From a virus (taxonomy: Duplodnaviria; Caudoviricetes): a stretch of DNA of 29,094 bases. The first letter of the stretch is position 1. Each line of letters begins with the position of its first letter. The position numbers were made by a program, and so were the translations under genes. Below the pieces are notes generated by a model. That model was not told where the DNA came from and ran no database searches. It saw only the letters and a list, made by a program, of their open reading frames with translations. The stretch is from positions 1 through 29,094 of the IMG/VR virus record IMGVR_UViG_3300010235_000002; one strand, given 5' to 3'. Shown in pieces: positions 25,187 through 29,094 of this stretch.

Positions 25187-25699
25187 ATGGATAAAACCAA
25201 CAGAATAGACAATGTTCTATATGACTTTGTCTACGATCCAAAAGGATTAGTTAATCCAACGGATCAAACGTTAGAATTTATTGAAAAAATGTGTTCTGGA
25301 ATATTAGTTCAGAACTCAGGAGATCATGAATTAGGTATAGAGCCTAATGATTATTTCATTACTGCGGTAAAGATAAACCCAGGATTTGAGATGTGGAAAA
25401 CATCAAAAAAATGGGTATTTATCTGGTTAGATAGAGTATCAGAGATATCTTTAAAAGGTAACAATAGAATAAAGTATATGCACAAGTTCTATAGTTACTT
25501 TTTAATAGATAAAGATGTCAAAATTGAAGTAGAACCGTCAAAGAATAGATTTGATTTTGGCATACACAGAGTACAAAAATCTTTGAATGAGCACAATGCA
25601 GTAAAATATCTTGAAGTACAAATTCAAGATTTTACTGGAGTACAAGATTCTGCTGGAGTACTAGAATCAATAGAAACAAATAAAGAAGAGGAGGGATAA
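25187..25699 (+). CDS. Hypothetical protein
   Basis: 170-aa ORF on the coding strand with an A-rich leader. Confidence 0.75.
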   Translation: MDKTNRIDNVLYDFVYDPKGLVNPTDQTLEFIEKMCSGILVQNSGDHELGIEPNDYFITAVKINPGFEMWKTSKKWVFIWLDRVSEISLKGNNRIKYMHKFYSYFLIDKDVKIEVEPSKNRFDFGIHRVQKSLNEHNAVKYLEVQIQDFTGVQDSAGVLESIETNKEEEG

Positions 25700-25918
25700 A
25701 TGAATATTTCAGAAAAAGCGAATCTATATAGAAATATGCATCGACCTTTAGTTGATGCCTTATTTGAAGAAAAAGAAAAGCTAGAAGAAAGGCTAAATTT
25801 AGCCATAAAAGAAAGAGATATAAAAAGAGCAAAAGTATTAAAAGAAAAAATTAGAAAGATAGATTCCGAGGCGAGAGAATTATGGAAAAAAATCCAGAAA
25901 GAAGCCGAGGAACTTTAA
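25700..25918 (+). CDS. Small coiled-coil hypothetical protein
   Basis: 72 aa, highly charged; starts directly after the upstream stop. Confidence 0.7.
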   Translation: MNISEKANLYRNMHRPLVDALFEEKEKLEERLNLAIKERDIKRAKVLKEKIRKIDSEARELWKKIQKEAEEL

Positions 25919-25947
25919 TATTAAAAAACTCCTAAAATTTCAAAAAA

Positions 25948-26481
25948 ATGGGAAAAATTAGAGTACAACCTGCGATCACAGAAGACAACATTGCAGGTAT
26001 CATCAATGTAAATCAAAGATTACTTGATGAAGAAAATCAACCAAAGTTCGGATCGATTGGGTTAAGACAAGAAGTTTTGTTATTTAGAGGAAACTTCGTT
26101 ACTGTTGAAAAAAGAGTAGGATATTTAAATGGTACTTTAAGCGATTTAGAAAGAGTCGTAGATGAGTATAATTTAAGACCAGATGAAGAAGTACCTGATT
26201 CATTTAACAAGAAGTTAGTGATTCAGGAATCATTGGAAAAATCTTGGGAGACACAAAATCCTAAAATTAATCCTACCACGGGTGAAGTATTAACTTATAT
26301 GGGTCATCCGATCTATAGACGTTGTCTGGTTGTTGATAAAGATTCTCCAGAAGAAGATGTTTATATAATTGCAGACAATACTGTAGCTGGAAGGTCTTTA
26401 CATCAGAATGAGTTAAATCAGAATGAGATAGATCAACAGTTTGGATCAAGGGAAACCAAAACTGTATTAAACAGCTTATAA
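25948..26481 (+). CDS. Putative single-stranded DNA-binding protein (crAss-type)
   Basis: KINPTTGEVLTYMGHPIYR motif, low-complexity C-terminal tail, adjacent to polA; function inferred. Confidence 0.45.
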   Translation: MGKIRVQPAITEDNIAGIINVNQRLLDEENQPKFGSIGLRQEVLLFRGNFVTVEKRVGYLNGTLSDLERVVDEYNLRPDEEVPDSFNKKLVIQESLEKSWETQNPKINPTTGEVLTYMGHPIYRRCLVVDKDSPEEDVYIIADNTVAGRSLHQNELNQNEIDQQFGSRETKTVLNSL

Positions 26482-26492
26482 CATTAAAATAA

Positions 26493-26535
26493 ATTGAGAG
26501 GATTAGATAGAAATATCTAGTCTTCTCAATTTTTT
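26493..26535 (+). terminator. Long hairpin terminator with GAAA loop
   Basis: aattgagaggattagata-gaaa-tatctagtcttctcaatt followed by a T-run; two G-U pairs indicate the + strand. Confidence 0.8.
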
Positions 26536-26536
26536 G

Positions 26537-26544
26537 TATCTTTG
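26537..26544 (+). promoter_or_regulatory. -7 promoter box TATCTTTG upstream of polA
   Basis: Same GTATCTTTGCAAAA string as the late-operon promoter; 13 bp before ATG 26558. Confidence 0.6.
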
Positions 26545-26557
26545 CAAAAATGATCTT

Positions 26558-28450
26558 ATGGTAAATTTATTATCTAATGAAAAAATAGTTTCTGATAGTA
26601 TTCAAGTCACAGACGAAGAAAGCATATTAGATTATTTAAAAGACAAAGAAGAGATATGCTTAGATACAGAAACAGAAGGCTTAGTACCTTTTAATGATAA
26701 ACTATTATTATTAACACTAGGAGATAGTGATAATCAATTTGTAATAGATATAGAAACAAAAAAAGAAAGTTGTAAATATATATTAAGTAATTTACAAGAC
26801 AAATTATTTATAATGCATAATGCAAAATTTGATTATATATTTATAAAATATCATTTAGGCATATCATTAAACAATTTATATTGTACATATATAGCAAGTC
26901 AAGTAAATTATAACGGATTTAATATAAAACATAACTTAAAAGATTTATTATTTAGACATTTCAATATAATTTTGGATAAGACTGAAAGAGAAACATTTGT
27001 AAGAAACAATTTATTAAATGAATCGCAAATAATTTATGCAGCTAATGATATAAAATATTTAAAAAAGCTGAAAAAAAGACAAGAAGAAATGTCTTTAAAA
27101 TTAAATTTAACAGAAACTATAAGATTAGAAATGGAGTTAATACCATACTTAGGAGATATAGAATTAACAGGATTATTGGTAGATGAGGATAAATGGAACA
27201 AATATATAGAAATAAATAAAAATAACTTAAAAGAAATAAGTGATAAAATTAAAGATGAATTGTACAAATTACAAAGCAATTTTAAGATTATAGATAAAAA
27301 TACAATAAATTCGAAGCATGATATAAATCAATTAGAATTATTTTCAGATGAAGATCATGACAGAAATTTAGTAAACAAAGTGGATATATCTTCTTCTAAT
27401 CAAATGTTAAAAATATTAAACAAGTTAGGAGTTTATATAGAATCCACAAAAAGTGAATTGTTACAAAAATTTATATTAGACAATCCACAACATAAAACAA
27501 AGGATTTAATTGAATTATTACTAAAATACAGAAAATATAGTAAATTTGTATCTACATATGGTGATTCATTTTTAAATAGTATAAATAAAACAACAAAAAG
27601 ATTACACAGCAATATATCGCAGTGTAGCACAGATACAGGAAGAATATCTTCAAAAAGTTATAGTAAAAATGAAGGAGTAAATTTACAAAATATACCGGCA
27701 GATAATGATTTAAGACATTGTTTTATATCAAGACCGGGTTATAAAATAATAACTATAGATTATTCTCAACAAGAAATAACTTTAGCTGCATCGCAATCAC
27801 AAGATCCATTATTATTAGCAGCATGTAATAATAATATAGATTTACACACAGAGTTAGCTACCATAAGTTACAGGATAATAACCAAAGATCCAAGTTTTGT
27901 AATAAATAAAGAAATAAGAACAAAACATAAAAGAGTGGTTTTTGGATTATTTTATGGAGCAGGAGCAAAAAGAATAAGTGAAGTTCTCAGTATAGATAAT
28001 AAAACCGCTTTAGAAGTATATAATGCCTTAATGGAGAAATTAAGTGAATTTAATAAATATCAAGAAAATATAAAGAAAGCATTAAAAGAAGATTACACGG
28101 TAAGAGATCATTCTTATACAAATAGAATGAAATTTTTTCATCAATTACTAAATAAAGAAATGGAATTATATGAAGCTGAGAAACAAGCTTGTAATTTTCC
28201 TATTCAATCTTCAGGAGCAAGTATGATAAAGAAAGCTATTATAGAATGTGGAAAATATATAAAAAATGATAACTTAGACTGTCGCATATTATTTACTGTA
28301 CATGATGAACTATTATTTGAAGGCAAAGAAGAAATATCTAATGATGTAGCTAATGATTTAAAAAATATTATGGAAAAAGTTGGATTATTATTTTTAAATA
28401 ATGTAGCAATAAAAGCCAGTGTTACGATAGATGAATTTTGGACAAAGTGA
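26558..28450 (+). CDS. polA: Family A DNA polymerase with 3'-5' exonuclease, no 5'-3' nuclease domain (ATG 26558 preferred over TTG 26534)
   Basis: ExoI LDTET, ExoII HNAKFD, ExoIII YAAND; TGRISS, NLQNIP; motif A DYSQQE, motif B KRVVFGLFYG, motif C VHDEL. Confidence 0.95.
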   Translation: MVNLLSNEKIVSDSIQVTDEESILDYLKDKEEICLDTETEGLVPFNDKLLLLTLGDSDNQFVIDIETKKESCKYILSNLQDKLFIMHNAKFDYIFIKYHLGISLNNLYCTYIASQVNYNGFNIKHNLKDLLFRHFNIILDKTERETFVRNNLLNESQIIYAANDIKYLKKLKKRQEEMSLKLNLTETIRLEMELIPYLGDIELTGLLVDEDKWNKYIEINKNNLKEISDKIKDELYKLQSNFKIIDKNTINSKHDINQLELFSDEDHDRNLVNKVDISSSNQMLKILNKLGVYIESTKSELLQKFILDNPQHKTKDLIELLLKYRKYSKFVSTYGDSFLNSINKTTKRLHSNISQCSTDTGRISSKSYSKNEGVNLQNIPADNDLRHCFISRPGYKIITIDYSQQEITLAASQSQDPLLLAACNNNIDLHTELATISYRIITKDPSFVINKEIRTKHKRVVFGLFYGAGAKRISEVLSIDNKTALEVYNALMEKLSEFNKYQENIKKALKEDYTVRDHSYTNRMKFFHQLLNKEMELYEAEKQACNFPIQSSGASMIKKAIIECGKYIKNDNLDCRILFTVHDELLFEGKEEISNDVANDLKNIMEKVGLLFLNNVAIKASVTIDEFWTK

Positions 28451-28472
28451 GAAGAAATAAAATAAATTTAAA

Positions 28473-28715
28473 ATGTGGAATATACAAAATAAGATTATTA
28501 AAGCTAAAGAAGTAGCAGATAGATATCCAGATAATTTTTATTGTATTGATATTACTGATAAAATACGATTACAAGGACACTTAGAAAATTTCCCCAAAAG
28601 ATTCGTAATAGAATTAATTAAAAAAGAAAATTTTCAGCTTGAAATAGATGATAATAATTTTATAGTATTAAAAAAAGTAGAAGATGATATACCTTTAGAA
28701 ATTGTATTAACTTGA
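28473..28715 (+). CDS. Hypothetical protein
   Basis: 80-aa ORF after polA. Confidence 0.7.
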   Translation: MWNIQNKIIKAKEVADRYPDNFYCIDITDKIRLQGHLENFPKRFVIELIKKENFQLEIDDNNFIVLKKVEDDIPLEIVLT

Positions 28716-28729
28716 AAAAAAATAAAATC

Positions 28730-29094
28730 ATGTATGAATTATTTGATGAATTAGAAAGAGCTATTGCTATAGATTATAGTAAAGCATTATATAGCTGTGA
28801 ACAGATAGTAGATTCACTAAGTTTAGAATATACATTTTTAAACAACAAATTAAGAGTTAAATTTAATAACATGTTAGATAATTGGTTTAAACTAACTGAT
28901 AAAGATTTCCTGAAATTTAAAAAATTCTATAAAATACTGACAACAGACCACGCATGTTATTATTTATCAACAAAAAGTTATGAATTATACGTTGGAAAAG
29001 ATGAAGCAGACTTATTTATAGAAAAAATTTCAGCAGATATTATTTCAACTGAAGATAAAATAAATATAATGGAAAATTTTGAAAATGTATTAGA
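28730..29094 (+). CDS. Hypothetical protein, partial (runs off the window end)
   Basis: Open frame MYELFDELERAIAIDYSKALYSCEQIVDSL... continuing to the edge. Confidence 0.7.
   Translation, partial: MYELFDELERAIAIDYSKALYSCEQIVDSLSLEYTFLNNKLRVKFNNMLDNWFKLTDKDFLKFKKFYKILTTDHACYYLSTKSYELYVGKDEADLFIEKISADIISTEDKINIMENFENVL

Noticed and set aside
25624-25832. Two - strand ORFs (60 and 66 aa)
   Set aside because: Antisense shadows of adjacent + strand genes.
27034-27630. Two - strand ORFs (81 and 65 aa)
   Set aside because: Antisense within polA.
18109-28450. Intein or intron in terminase or polA
   Set aside because: Motifs are contiguous at ordinary spacing; no splice-junction or homing endonuclease motifs were seen.
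1-29094. Active stop-codon reassignment
   Set aside because: The standard code gives full-length terminase, portal, MCP and PolA, and TGA is used as a stop in ATGA overlaps.

Overview
Very AT-rich fragment of a crAss-like (Crassvirales-type) podophage genome, probably infecting Bacteroidota (TAnnTTTG promoters, A-rich starts without Shine-Dalgarno). Positions 1-22038 carry a minus-strand late/structural operon: GroES-like co-chaperonin, HTH and HU/IHF-like proteins, terminase, portal, an inserted GH16 glycoside hydrolase, scaffold, major capsid protein, ring and auxiliary capsid proteins, holin and three receptor-binding candidates. These are a coiled-coil/beta-helix fibre, a 1087-aa double-module protein with 29 variable LRR/FNIP-like repeats, and a truncated C-type-lectin/DGR-target-like protein. 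Positions 22693-29094 carry plus-strand early/replication genes: small ORFs, a possible Ocr-like protein, an SSB-like protein and a family A DNA polymerase. The ~2.2 kb divergence region between the two modules holds several repeat and palindrome families (candidate origin, packaging and regulatory region). A 143-nt three-way-junction RNA candidate follows a 30-aa hydrophobic peptide gene at ~25 kb. All calls come from motif reading and gene order; no searches were run.
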